From assembly GCA_002256025.1 (NCBI GenBank), contig NKIB01013649.1, positions 1-54,090 on the forward strand: 54,090 nucleotides of DNA. The letters are read 5' to 3'. A program made the translations under genes and the position numbers. The notes below the pieces were generated by a model. It was not told the DNA's origin and ran no database searches. It saw nothing but the letters and a program-made list of their open reading frames with translations. Within the stretch, counting starts at the first letter, position 1; every line of letters starts with the position of its first letter. Origin of the DNA: Asterionella formosa. Its lineage: Eukaryota. Below are positions 12,040 through 23,369 of this stretch, piece after piece.

Positions 12040-12332
12040 TTTCTTACCATAGGTGAGTGCCCAATCACCTTTCGCAAAGGTGATTGCTATCTTAGCCGCA
12101 GTGTTAGTAGGGGAAACTCCGACCGCCTTGGAAAGCGGCACAAGCTGCTTGTAGGGGTGCAAACCCGGCGCACTATTTGCTTCTTGACACCAGGCACACC
12201 AGGCACGACTGTGGAGGACGGTAAGGAGTGTGGGAGTCGAACCCAACAATTGCTTCTCAAACAATTTGCGGGAATCAAACCACTCAACCTCAGATTAAGG
12301 ACAACATGCTCAACCGACTAAGCCATACCCTT
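12040..12332 (-). ncRNA. tRNA-derived (Lys-CTT-like) SINE-like or structured RNA element
   Basis: Minus strand starts AAGGGTATGGCTTAGTCGGTTGAGC (A box, D arm), has a CTT anticodon-like loop, a degenerate B box GGTTTGATTCC and a second clean T arm TGGGTTCGACTCCCA (12245-12231). Then several hairpins, including an 11-bp perfect stem at 12062-12086. Anticodon and first T stems mispair, so it is not a functional tRNA. Confidence 0.55.
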
Positions 12333-12493
12333 ATTTCTGTTTCAATATACACTCTAGCTATTCATATATTCTTTTGTATCAACCATGCAACTTCATGGCA
12401 TAGGTCATGAACGATAGTGAAAAAATTTGCTAATAGGATAACATTTTCATATGACTTTTAGCAAAACCATTATTCTGAAAGATGTTAGGTGTA

Positions 12494-13777
12494 TCAGTTC
12501 TGAAATCTAAGAATTTTCGACCTCAATTTGAGCCAGAATAACAACGAACTCATGACAACAACAAATTCAATTCCCTGAACAACAAGCATGATGTCATCAG
12601 TATAGCCCTTGGTTGGAATCATTGCGGGACTGAGGTCACCAATATCTTCAGCATGCATCCCAGAGTCCAAGACTGTTCTGTTTATATGATCCATCGCTTC
12701 AATGCTATTATCTTCATGTTCCTCATTGGCTAAAGATAATGGACAGCCCTGAGCTACATAAGTCATCCATTCCTGCAAAGTATTATCAAAGTAGAAGTAC
12801 AATTTTCCATCTTTGTCTCTCACATGACTCTGCATCGGAGTGTGTGTTTCAACAAATGTTTCATTGGGGACAGCAAACCTGGTGTCATTTCGTATTATTG
12901 ACTCACCAGCATGACTTCCAGACATCAAGTGACACCATTCCTTCAAATGCGCCTCATTCACGTCCAAGTGGATACTGTTGCGTACCATCATTGGATTCCC
13001 ATGAATACGAAATCCAGTTTTAGAAATTGGATAATTTTTCACTTTAACTAATGTTTTGGAGCGACCTTCCCAAGTCGGACAGTAGCTTGAACCCATGCTA
13101 AACCTTTTGGCAGTGCCATTATTGAAAAGGCAATATGACTTGGCTGTGTACGGATATGCATCCAAGCCAAAACCTGAATCCAAAGCCAACAACTTTGTGG
13201 AATGTTTGAGAGTGTACATCCATTTCCCAAAAGAGATATAGGTCGTTTTCAATTTCTGATAATGTAAAATAAATGATTTGATGGATTGTTTCTCCTTGAG
13301 CCACAGAAACTCATCAATATCGATTATGAAAGCCCAATCATAACTAGCAGCATAGATGGATTTTTGAAGGCACAAACGATGAACAACCTCCTGTCCATGT
13401 TCTCTGCCACCGCCATTATACTGCGTCATGGTTACATATGGTAGATTACGAAGCTCTTGAAATCTATGGAGAGCAGTTATCTCTTTACGATACCAAAAGA
13501 ATATGTGATCGAACCCAATCAGTCGATAGTACGACACAAAGGCAAAAATAGGATCGAGAGTAAGGTTTCCGAATAAGGTGCGATGGCAGACGGCTGCAGA
13601 TATACCTGAATCATCTCGAAACTTTATGTAATTGGATTCTCGAACTGTTATCGGATTCCTTGCGTAGTTGCGATTGCGCCAATTGATTCCATTTCTAGCC
13701 TTTTGCTCTGTAGTTATAGCAGTGGAGAATACCAAGCCAACAACAATCAGCGGAAGCACCTGCTTCTGTTGCAACAT
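12494..13777 (-). CDS. Glycosyltransferase family 92 (DUF23)-like protein
   Basis: FVSYYRLIGFDHIFFW and YDWAFIIDIDEFLW (DxD) motifs, N-terminal hydrophobic anchor and C-terminal TM helix. First ATG at 13777. Confidence 0.75.
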   Translation of the reverse strand: MLQQKQVLPLIVVGLVFSTAITTEQKARNGINWRNRNYARNPITVRESNYIKFRDDSGISAAVCHRTLFGNLTLDPIFAFVSYYRLIGFDHIFFWYRKEITALHRFQELRNLPYVTMTQYNGGGREHGQEVVHRLCLQKSIYAASYDWAFIIDIDEFLWLKEKQSIKSFILHYQKLKTTYISFGKWMYTLKHSTKLLALDSGFGLDAYPYTAKSYCLFNNGTAKRFSMGSSYCPTWEGRSKTLVKVKNYPISKTGFRIHGNPMMVRNSIHLDVNEAHLKEWCHLMSGSHAGESIIRNDTRFAVPNETFVETHTPMQSHVRDKDGKLYFYFDNTLQEWMTYVAQGCPLSLANEEHEDNSIEAMDHINRTVLDSGMHAEDIGDLSPAMIPTKGYTDDIMLVVQGIEFVVVMSSLLFWLKLRSKILRFQN

Positions 13778-14493
13778 CACTAGTTGGCATATGACGCCAC
13801 GCGTGAGTCTCAAGTTCCCCTCAAGGTTAAAACCTCAACAACGATGAATGATATACACAAATATAATGATTCTCATTAATGGCAAAAGCAGTTTTGAGTT
13901 TGATCTCTGCCTCGAAACAAAATAGATTTGAGGAAACAATGCACGTCTACAGCTTAATGAAGCCAGAAGTGGATGCTGATACGTGCATGCCGTTAGGAAT
14001 CTTTGCATTTACTTTTATGCAAATATACAAATTAGTAGATGCTATAAATTTAATTAAATAAATATCGCTAATTGTTGTTGGTTTACTAAACACATTTCAT
14101 ACCACAGGATCTTTTAAAGTACACGTACAAGTATGTCCTTCACCAGGTACCAGGTACCAGGGTACGGTAGCGGGACGATCCAAGGATACCCGAACTGGCA
14201 GTACGACGGACAAATAAATGATTTCATCGTGATTGTCACAGGCCACACAGGCAGAGGTGCCCCCTCACATCATCAGGCAGTCATTCTCCATGATTTATTC
14301 TTACTTCTAGATGTAGTACCGGTACTGGTACGCAAATACCGGTATTGTAAGATACTGGTACTTGGAGCTCTATGATATAGCTCAAAAATAATCGTCATTG
14401 CTCGGGCTCTCGTTCCTCCTCTCATTGCACCGGTAAACATATCTGAATCCATCATTAAAACCATTCCTCATCACAACAAGACGACGAAGAAGA

Positions 14494-15513
14494 ATGCTCG
14501 CCGCTGATAAACTCCAACTTCAATCTTCCTTGAAGCAGCAAGCGACCGCGCTAAAGGAAAAGGAATTTAATCTTCATCATTCCAATTTCAGTACGTTTTT
14601 TGTTTCTGTTTCTCGCCTCGTGTCTCTGTCGTTTCAACAATATTAACACTTACTTCTACTGCATCCATGGCCAATCTATATATATTTACATTTTTATATA
14701 TTCCACAGTGACGGTTGGAACTCAGGCAGCAGTGTTGGCTGGATTGGATATAACCATGTTTATTGAATTCACTCCACATCCAGATACCGACTGGGTACGT
14801 CCTAGGACTGTTTGTTCCTTGCTACTATTACTACTACTATTACTACCTAATGCAACCACCACCACTAACTACTACTACTACTATTTATTACTTCACAGGG
14901 ACCACTACTACACTACCTCCCCCGCATATTGAAATTCCTCTATTACATTGTCATTATAACTGCCTTTTGTAGCAACATGATGGTGGTGGCCCATACCACG
15001 GCTCTTTCTGTCCTGGGTGCTGGATTGGCATTGCGTGGACCAGATGGGAGTATGGTGACCGCCACAGATGGCCTGTACGACGAACGACGAAATGTCTTTT
15101 TCATCTTTGGGTTGGGCTTGTCCTGTACTGTGGGCAGTGTCGTCATTTGTGTATGGCTTGTGCTGCAACGAGAAGCTGCTGTGGTCTGCATGTGCATTTC
15201 GGGATATACGTGCTATAGTATTTACAATTCCTACCGACGAGTGTTGAGGAAATTTGAATACGATGAAAGTGAAACTGTAGACTTTAATGATATCTTTGAA
15301 GGACCAGCAGCTATTCGAGGAGTGCCCATGGCATTGAAGAAAGCAGTGAGGCGAGGATGGAATGTAGTGGCAAACAAAACAAGTCATGATTATGATCAAG
15401 AGGAAGACGAGGAGTCTCTGACAAATAGTGAAGAAGAAGCAAGGATACTGTCCAATGGTAGACGACGTGGTATGGAAATTACAAGACGCAGCAAAAGCAT
15501 CAATGTTGTGTAA
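14494..15513 (+). CDS. Orai/CRAC-like multi-pass membrane protein, 3 exons, 265 aa
   Basis: Exons 14494-14590, 14709-14794 and 14899-15513, joined at GTACGT...CACAG introns, give one open frame: MLAADKLQL...NFMTVGTQAAVLAGLDITMFIE...LALRGPDGSM...ERR. TM1 resembles Orai SRTSALLSGFAMVAMVE. Gene model is strong; family call is moderate. Confidence 0.65.
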
Positions 15514-15695
15514 TTGAGTAGTTTATGTAACAACTTAAATGTTGCTGCTACTATACATATGGTAAAAATGATTCTCTTTTTTTTAATGCAAAAATTGTTT
15601 GTTCTTTGTATTTATTTGGTATTTTGCTTTATTAGTTTGCTTAGCAATAGAAATCAATACTACATTGTACGAAACTGTGGGATTATTACTTACTT

Positions 15696-17309
15696 TTATT
15701 GGATGTGCCATAACCCATGCTGCTTCTTTGCGATCATTTTCGTTTTGGCCAGCGCCTGACGCAAATGTTTCAACTGTCTATTGCGTGGAACTCCCACAAA
15801 ATCAGCAATGTGTTCCTTCAAGGAATTATCCAACCCACAATTAATCATGGGGAGTACACAACACGATGGATTCTTACCATCACCATGGCTGTGATGGACT
15901 GCCAACAAAAAGGTGGTAGTAAAGATGTCATGTAATTTGATCAAATCGTGAATTCGTTCCAAGAAATGTGCATTTTCGGAAAAACCATGAAACAATGCAG
16001 AATGAGTTCCAATCACATTTTTCCTGAAAGGACGTAATGGAGCATCCCCATGTATTGCAACAGCAGTAACCAATAGATCAAAACAATCATCATCATCACC
16101 AAGTAAAGTACTACTAGCATTCCATGCCATTCTCCATTCTGCTTCGACAGCTTGGAGCATAAAGTCCTTGTCCCCCCGGAGGGTTTCAGATACCCACTGG
16201 CATTGCTTTTGTAATTGGCGATTCCATTCAATTTCGACATTTTGAAGCATCATGATTCTGTCCCTCCCAAATCGTTCATCGGGTACCTGATGAGGCATCA
16301 TCATCCACTGCCAATGAGAGTTACGGAATATACCATATTCTTTGGACGTACGAGTGGTACTACCGCCAATCAGCATGGCAAGGCATAATTCTGGATCGTT
16401 TTGAAATCTACTATCAATATACTCATGTGGGGCACCTCCGGCGCGGAAATAGGCCAGAACCAAGTTGCGATCGGACCATACTGTGGATAAGAGAGGATTA
16501 CGATCCAATGTAGTAGTAGTAGTACGAGAAGTGCGAGTAGTAGAAATGGATGGTAGACCGTATCGCGTGCGCAATACAGTCCTGAAGGAGCCAGGATTGG
16601 GATTCAACTCGAAAAGAGTTGGATAATGTCGAAGCCACAACATGCACGTAGGATCACTTGTATCATTCATAAGCATAAAGTGCTCAAAAAGATTCGGATT
16701 TGACTGGATGCGATCAGTGGCAATGATGAGTGTATTGACATGCAATGATCCAAGCAATATCATGTAAATTTCATTGTCTGTGTAAACGTCCGGGACAGCC
16801 GCCAAGAATCTGATAGTTTCTTCCGTCCAATCAATACAAAGGCCCAACTCGGGACAATACTTCAAGATCGAGTACATGGTGCTTACTATGCTGATGCTGC
16901 ATTTAGGGGATATCTCAACTCGTAAAGGTGAGGACCCATGCATCCTTTCAAATACACTGCTCAACAAGGATGGATTTACTTTCAACAAGAGTTTGATGTC
17001 ATGCAGCATGCATGACGGACACTGTTCCATTGTTATCTCAATATACTGTCCAGGTTTCTGCCGAATCTCAGCCAGGATCATATGAATGTCTTGTTGAATC
17101 TCCAATGGTACGTTTCCAAACAGTCGTCGTTCTCGGAGGAAACGAAGAAGCACTTTCGCCTGTAGTTCTCGATTCCGCTTCAGTTCTTTGGGAAGCGCCA
17201 TAAAGAGCGAGGTGTCTTGTTCCAGCATCGACCCCAATCTAACAATGTCATTCTTGAGGTTGTCCGTGAGGACAATAGGTTTTCTTTCTTGTGCAAAGTG
17301 CTCCATCAT
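15696..17309 (-). CDS. DUF4116-type helical repeat protein
   Basis: 537-aa ORF with repeated units (LPKELKRNREL, WSDRNLVLA, FQNDPELCLA, SETLRGDKDFMLQAVE) and the C-terminus KEHIADFVGVP..LKHLRQA. Confidence 0.7.
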   Translation of the reverse strand: MMEHFAQERKPIVLTDNLKNDIVRLGSMLEQDTSLFMALPKELKRNRELQAKVLLRFLRERRLFGNVPLEIQQDIHMILAEIRQKPGQYIEITMEQCPSCMLHDIKLLLKVNPSLLSSVFERMHGSSPLRVEISPKCSISIVSTMYSILKYCPELGLCIDWTEETIRFLAAVPDVYTDNEIYMILLGSLHVNTLIIATDRIQSNPNLFEHFMLMNDTSDPTCMLWLRHYPTLFELNPNPGSFRTVLRTRYGLPSISTTRTSRTTTTTLDRNPLLSTVWSDRNLVLAYFRAGGAPHEYIDSRFQNDPELCLAMLIGGSTTRTSKEYGIFRNSHWQWMMMPHQVPDERFGRDRIMMLQNVEIEWNRQLQKQCQWVSETLRGDKDFMLQAVEAEWRMAWNASSTLLGDDDDCFDLLVTAVAIHGDAPLRPFRKNVIGTHSALFHGFSENAHFLERIHDLIKLHDIFTTTFLLAVHHSHGDGKNPSCCVLPMINCGLDNSLKEHIADFVGVPRNRQLKHLRQALAKTKMIAKKQHGLWHIQ

Positions 17310-17719
17310 AATTTATGATGCCTCTCCGGAGAATAATCCGGTGTATACAGTGTCATTTATGACCCCATGTGAGAAAACTTACGGGAGTTTGTGGCATCCA
17401 TGTATTAAAGTGTTGTTCGTGCAGAATAACTTGTTATCCAATGAAAGTGACAGCCAATCAGGACGAACAGAAAAATGTCATGTTATGACTCTTGAAGAAT
17501 CAAGGACCGGTATAGGTAGACTACCAGTACGTCTGGCAGCTACATAGCAGAAAAAATCCCATGTTGAATAGTTTAGTTGTTGTAATATAGGGATCCATTT
17601 CTGATTGGTCTGGAACTCCCCCCTGACACCACGTACACATACCTTGCACGTTGCAGTCATTTTCCTGAAACAGACAACGTGTCGCCGGACAGGGGCTTAT
17701 TTACTCTCATATTAAGATC

Positions 17720-18510
17720 TCTTCTATTCATAGCACAATTCAATAGGGATTTTTACTACATTCCCAAACATAGCAGAGGAATATTGAGCATACCTCTGAT
17801 AAAGTCATTCTATGGTGAACATCAACAGTACCTGGTAGTATGTTGGAAGATACACATGTCCAACAGCACATATGTATGTGCCAGTACTTCGATGTATGGA
17901 TTTATGACAGACAGCATACTACCGGTACTGCTACCTGCAGTATGCGAGCCCAGCAAGGAATGTAATGAATTTATAGAGCACACAATAGTAGAATTAAACA
18001 ATTGGTAACTGTATTTCTCTGTATCCGGCAGCATATGCTTTCGTTGTGATATGTTCAGCGCTTGTTTATATTTTGCTTACAAAATTAGAATGAATCGAGA
18101 CAAGCTACTAACTCGAGAAGAACCACACTCATCATTTCCATGACTCTCATGATGGTGACGATCCCAGTCATTCTTTGGATTCGACACCACCTATTTGAAC
18201 TGTTTTACTACCATAACCTCCTAGTATTCTTGCAGCATCGCTCACCTTATATTTTTCATACTGGAATGATCATTATTCCCATTATGTCTGCTTCGACTCA
18301 GGGAGTGGACATGTTTATCCTGATGAGAACGACACAAGTGGCTATTTCTGTCATAACCCTAAATCTGCTAGCATGTTTATCATTTCCGACTCTGTGGCTA
18401 AGCTGACCTTGCCCAAATCAGATGATTTTAATTACAATCCAGTCCAGTACATGTACTACCTTGCAGTGCCTAAATTGGGCCTCATTAACTACTACTAGCA
18501 TCCAGGCCAA
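17720..18510 (+). pseudogene. Ferric reductase/NADPH oxidase-like pseudogene fragment
   Basis: Across frames: FYYIPKHS, WIRHHLFELFYYH (cf. IRR..FELFYY.H heme-binding helix) and FNYNPVQYMYYLAVPKLG (cf. FxYxPGQY..L.VP at the start of the FAD domain). Stops and frameshifts. Confidence 0.55.
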
Positions 18511-18771
18511 TTAAAACTTGTTTCAGGAGCATTGCTACCATGAATGATGAAATTGCAAACTGGTAAAAATTTTATGATATGAATAATACTAATGTTGCCG
18601 ACACATTTATATTTCATATTTGTATGCTGCTAATTAATAGATATAATCATATACCGGTAAAGTAATATCAATAGTCTATTTTGTCTATACTACGACGAGT
18701 ACAGCTGTGTCCCTTTCTCGTGCTGATGGTGTGGTTAGAAAATATTTGATACTAGGTCTACCAGACTTATT

Positions 18772-19860
18772 CTATTCAACACCAGTGTTACATTGGTTCA
18801 ACCTTGAAATTTTTGGTAATGATGTGCAGGATAGTAGGACTGTATGTTTACGGAAGAACCCACTCAAAGCATCATATCTTGTTGTTTTCTCATTGTGGAG
18901 GATGAACAACCCTGTTGAGAGAAAACGATTTTGAAATGTTGGTACTAGAAATTGCACCAGTAGCTTCCGCACATGTAGTCATGCTGCTGATGTGTTCGCC
19001 TTGAGGTTCCACAATCGCCTGGCTGCTGGTTGTCTGGGTTGATGGCAATAAAAAATCCAAAAGGGACTGTAATTCTTCGTGATTGGCAACTAAAATCAGA
19101 GTTGAAAATAGGATTATTGACTGGGGATCAAATCGAGGCGACATATAATAGACGAACTTCTTACATAGGGAGGAAGCAATGCATACTGTAATGCTTGAGG
19201 AAGCTAGGTCTGTATATTTGCTTGTTGTCAACAGTTGAGTTGATGGTTCGTACCAGTAGAGTACACCTGGTGTAGTAGGGACAGTCTTTCACATTGGTAT
19301 CCCATTTCAGATTGAAGACGCAACTATTCGCTCCTTTTGAGCTTGCAGATTTTGACAAAGGGCCCTCACACGAGACTGATGCGGACAGTTTCATTGTCAT
19401 ACTAGGAGATGAGTCCATACTATCCAGCCCGCACAGATGCTCTGCTGCCATGGCTACCGGTATTCTCCGTGTATGACGACCGTTCAGTCGAATCGACGCT
19501 CGCATTTGTACAACATAACAGCCATCACACTGACGGCTTGTCCATTATGAATCGCACTACATAGCAAAAGGAAATTATAGATGCCTCGCCATTGGCTGCT
19601 TTCTCGTTTGTCCACTCCAAGCGACGCGAGCAAGTATACTGTTCCTGGTACTACTGCTGGGATGCCGGTATATCTCTTCGGTGACATTACAATGTATCGC
19701 GACGATGGATTTCGTTCCTTTCCTACCTGTCACTAGCTATAGCAGCCAGTGGTAACTCCATACTTCCCCAACGTCTGTAACAGTTGTAGCATTCGCATTT
19801 TTTAAGCAGATGCTGACAGTGGCGTTCGCAATTCACGTTGTCACGTGCGATTGTATTGGC
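18772..19860 (-). pseudogene. Pseudogene paralog of the coiled-coil gene at 27241-28227, copy 1
   Basis: Broken frames give AIVEPQGE..AEATGAISSTNISKS and LSGFFRKHTVLLSCTSLPKISRLNQCNTG, matching the C-terminus of the 328-aa protein. SAIHNGQAVSVMAVMLYKCE resembles QAMSKSRIVSISVLYVE. Confidence 0.7.
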
Positions 19861-20719
19861 TGATGTCTCATCAAAGAGAACAACACGACGTCCCCATCTA
19901 TGTAGGATCTAACGTGGGATTCCTGAGTTGTTTCCTATTAATTCGCACTCTGCCTTACAAGTACTTGAATTGATGACTCCTGTGTTTCATACACATATAA
20001 AACCATTCATGATACTATCGTCACCCGTGACTATTGTTAAATTATGCTACAATATAAATTCCATGTTTTTAGACTACATTTATTTACCATCATTAATAAT
20101 AGTATTCGTCTCTCCAGCACTTTTTGATTTCAGTGAATGGTTCGTTCACGTCTAGTATGTCTTGATTAGGCGAATCGGTATCAGATATAGGTAGTACCTG
20201 GTACTATGGAACATGATACTGGTACAACGACCAGGTGTACCAATAGACAGTATGTAGGCGACAAAATAGTACTTCCCTAATGAACGTGCAGGCCAAGACT
20301 TTCAAGACGTGCGTGAGAAATACCTAGGCATATTACCAGGTACCGAATGCACATTCTGCCAAGATTTACAAGATGTTCGTGAGAGAACCCCACTTTTTTC
20401 ACACCAGGAGACAGCAGTCATGGATTTCAATACTCGACTTGCTCGTACGTTCTGTACGAAGAATCTTTGGAGCTCTCATTTCTGTGTTCGGTTTGATCTA
20501 CTTCAACAAAGAAGAACATAGCCAGCACTACGAGAAGCCGGGCATCAGTTGCAATCCTCCACGAGGACACCTCGTGGAGACAGTACTAGGAGTTCTTTGC
20601 TTCTCATTCGCAAACAAACCATTATTATTTTCATTTTGTTTTGTCTCATAAAACAAATTTCCTTCACTTGTAACAGTCAAGTTCTATAGCTACACTAAAA
20701 AAGAAAATCATCATCCAAC

Positions 20720-21700
20720 ATGAAGATCACGGCTGCTACTTTTCTCGTCCCAATCCTCCTTCTCGTGAAATACGGCCCTTCTGCGGCCCAAGAGGAAGAA
20801 CACTCCATTCGTGGCCTCAAGTCGCCACCCGCTCCAGCGCCTTACACAGTTACTTTTGATCAGTCACTCACAAACCCTGGTGTGTACTGGGGAGACGGTA
20901 ATGGGGGTGATTTTTGGACAGTTGGTATCAGTAGCACTAACAATGTCAATGGAAGGAAACTCAAGATTGGTCTGCGTGGCCATAAACGTTACCGAGCAGT
21001 ATACCCTCAGTTGAACCTACATGGTGATTACATTTTCAACGTGGGCACAGGATTTAAACAAGATGGCACCACCCCCACAGGATTGCCCGAGTGGAGCTTT
21101 GACTATATGTTTGATTCCGATGTTAATTGTCCCAGCAACATCACCACCTGCACATCCCTTGCGACATATGCGTATGAAGTGGCAATGGATGTAGATCCGA
21201 CCATCAAGACTAAGTGGATTAAGTACGATCCAATCAACCAGGACTGCTATGACCATGGGCTCGGGAACACTGCCACTGTCAATGGCAACGCAACCACCAA
21301 GGTCGAGCTTGATTGCAATGTACCCGCAAGTGCAGGAATATACCAGGCTGCGATTAATGGTGGAACATGGCATGTGGCACAGAATTCCTTCAACTACGGC
21401 TTCATCGTGAATTTTGCTCCTGATCACTGGGGAGGATTTGCGGCAAATAATCCTCTTGTCTACACTGAAGGCATCTACGACGTTGTGCTTTCCATCAAGA
21501 ACAAGAAAACGGGAAAGGTATTGGTCAAGACGTCTATTCGCTTCCTTGTCAAGAACGATTCCAAGTGCACTATTCGAGGAAAGTGCTTCCCAACTGTTGC
21601 GGCCGACTGCAACAAGTCCAACATTGGCAAATTCAACATGTTCTTCAACAACAAGGATACCAAGGCATGTGAGGATTTTGTCGCTGGCATCAAGCAGTAA
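20720..21700 (+). CDS. Secreted 326-aa protein, paralog A, with bacterial-like extracellular beta domain and Cys-rich tail
   Basis: Intronless ORF with signal peptide (..PSAA-Q), RGL motif, core motifs KIGLRG, WSFDY, DVDP, DPIN, DH, VAQNSFN, and a four-Cys C-terminal module. Confidence 0.9.
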   Translation: MKITAATFLVPILLLVKYGPSAAQEEEHSIRGLKSPPAPAPYTVTFDQSLTNPGVYWGDGNGGDFWTVGISSTNNVNGRKLKIGLRGHKRYRAVYPQLNLHGDYIFNVGTGFKQDGTTPTGLPEWSFDYMFDSDVNCPSNITTCTSLATYAYEVAMDVDPTIKTKWIKYDPINQDCYDHGLGNTATVNGNATTKVELDCNVPASAGIYQAAINGGTWHVAQNSFNYGFIVNFAPDHWGGFAANNPLVYTEGIYDVVLSIKNKKTGKVLVKTSIRFLVKNDSKCTIRGKCFPTVAADCNKSNIGKFNMFFNNKDTKACEDFVAGIKQ

Positions 21701-21973
21701 AGGTGCATTGCCCGATCCCAGCAAGAGTAGTACCTGGTAGGATGAATAGGTGCATACGTTTATATTCATTGTAGTTCAGAGTGGTGTTGCTGATCGAAGG
21801 AGGAGGATGGCGGTATACCAAAAAAGGCAATCCTGCGCTGTGTGCATGCATGTTATTTATTATGATATACTTAAACTATCAAACGACATGATCTTTTATT
21901 CTGGTATTTGTAATGAGTACCGGTAGGCTATCTATGAACATAACAGTGAAATATACATCAGGTATGTATTCAA

Positions 21974-22006
21974 ACTACCCGTATACTTCGTTGTCCTGGA
22001 CCCCCC
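21974..22006. mobile_element. Left TIR-like end, same family as 848-879
   Basis: ACTACCCGTATACTTCGTTGTCCTGGACCCCCC, located at the end of duplication unit 1. No partner TIR found downstream. Confidence 0.55.
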
Positions 22007-22851
22007 AACGTACACTGCCGTGACTGAAATTGACTGAATTTGAACCCCTACGACTACGGTAGGCAAAAATTAAAATCCCGGAAAATCGCGCGTATGCATT
22101 TACATAGATTCCTTTTCGAATTCGCTAAATATATATATATATATATATAATATAAATAGCTATGTGTATACACGTACCCTTCACTACGATCAACATGTAT
22201 GTGTCATCCGACCCGACGGTCTGGTAAACGTCCCGGCATCTCGGCAAATATTTGAAGTGCACTCTTTGCTTAGGATTGGTATGCATATGTCAAATGATAT
22301 AATCATCTACCGGTGCCCGTGGTGGATTTGGTACCAGGTCCTAGTATGTTAAAGTATTACCTTTTTGATAGATCTACTAGTAGTATATCATTAGACAAAG
22401 AAGACTATAGATAGAGACGTTCGTTTCTCTTTCCGTTTCTATATTCTTATTGTGAGTTTACTAATCTAGTTTAGGTTGTTCTGTTTGAACAAACAAACGA
22501 GCTATTCTCCAAATGCTGTTTGCATTTCTAGAAACATACAATCATAGATAGACCCATGTCTATCTCACACTTACTGATCATAGGTTTTTAACCATGATCA
22601 TTCATTTTCAAACTATCGGTCTTCCGAAATAGCTTATATCGTCCGGCTCATTATAGGCGGAGTAACAAGGTATAATGTGTGGTTGATGAGAGCTTGCTTG
22701 GTACATCAAAGCTGACTCATTCGAATCGTTTGACTCGTTTGACTCCGAGTCATAACTACGTAGATGAGCTCACTTTAACATACCTGATACACCTGCTACC
22801 TGGTTTTTCTCCGAAAAATATATAGTTTATCGTTTCCTATTCAAATATTCC

Positions 22852-23050
22852 TTGGGTGCATTTTCTCAAGCGTTCAAAGCCAAATCGGCAACTGAACGAG
22901 CAATGATCACAAAATTCATTCATGCATGGCTACCAATGGGTTCCAGGAGGAGAGCACTCATACTATCCAAAGGGAGTACATCTGTTCCTCATTGCAAGGA
23001 GCTTGAAACCACAGAGCATCTCCTCACCTGTAACAATTCAAAAATGAAAC
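22852..23050 (+). mobile_element. Fragment of non-LTR retrotransposon C-terminal Zn-binding region
   Basis: ITKFIHAWLPMG...VPHCKELETTEHLLTC fits the CxxC..ET..H..C knuckle that follows LINE RT; the first Cys is lost. Confidence 0.6.
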
Positions 23051-23369
23051 ACAATAGAGGTCTCCAAATGAATTTTTTGAGTCTCAAAAGTTTTCCAGTA
23101 GTATGCATATTACAAATGTTGCTGACTCATTTATATTTCATATTTTGTATGCTGCTAATAAATATGAGTCATAGCAATGTAATATGCATACTGGTAAGTG
23201 TACCAGTAAATATGATGCATGTTATAGTCTTTACAGTAAATGCTTCAATAGACAATATTGTCCAACGGTAATATCGGGAAACTATTTTGTGTATACTACC
23301 AGTACAGCTGTGTCCCTTCCTCGTGCTGATGGTGCTGTGAGAAAGTATTTGATACTGGGTCTACTAAAC

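Larger units (their letters stand above)
18591..21965. repeat. Segmental tandem duplication, unit 1 (~3.4 kb)
   Basis: Colinear with 23115-26505 from AATGTTGCYGAC..ATTTATATTTCATA to CATCAGGTAT, with many substitutions and indels. Confidence 0.9.

Noticed and set aside
12267..12332. Functional tRNA-Lys(CTT) gene
   Set aside because: Anticodon stem, T stem and acceptor stem do not pair properly; kept only as tRNA-derived sequence.
21017..21769. 250-aa antisense ORF (also 25276-25938 and 25969-26403)
   Set aside because: Shadow frames of the secreted genes; not kept as one ORF in the paralog and no recognisable motifs.
848..22006. One 21-kb transposon bounded by the GGGGTCCAGGAC inverted pair
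   Set aside because: If the TA-adjacent side is the terminus, the two ends face away from each other, which fits two separate insertions; the interval also holds ordinary host genes.
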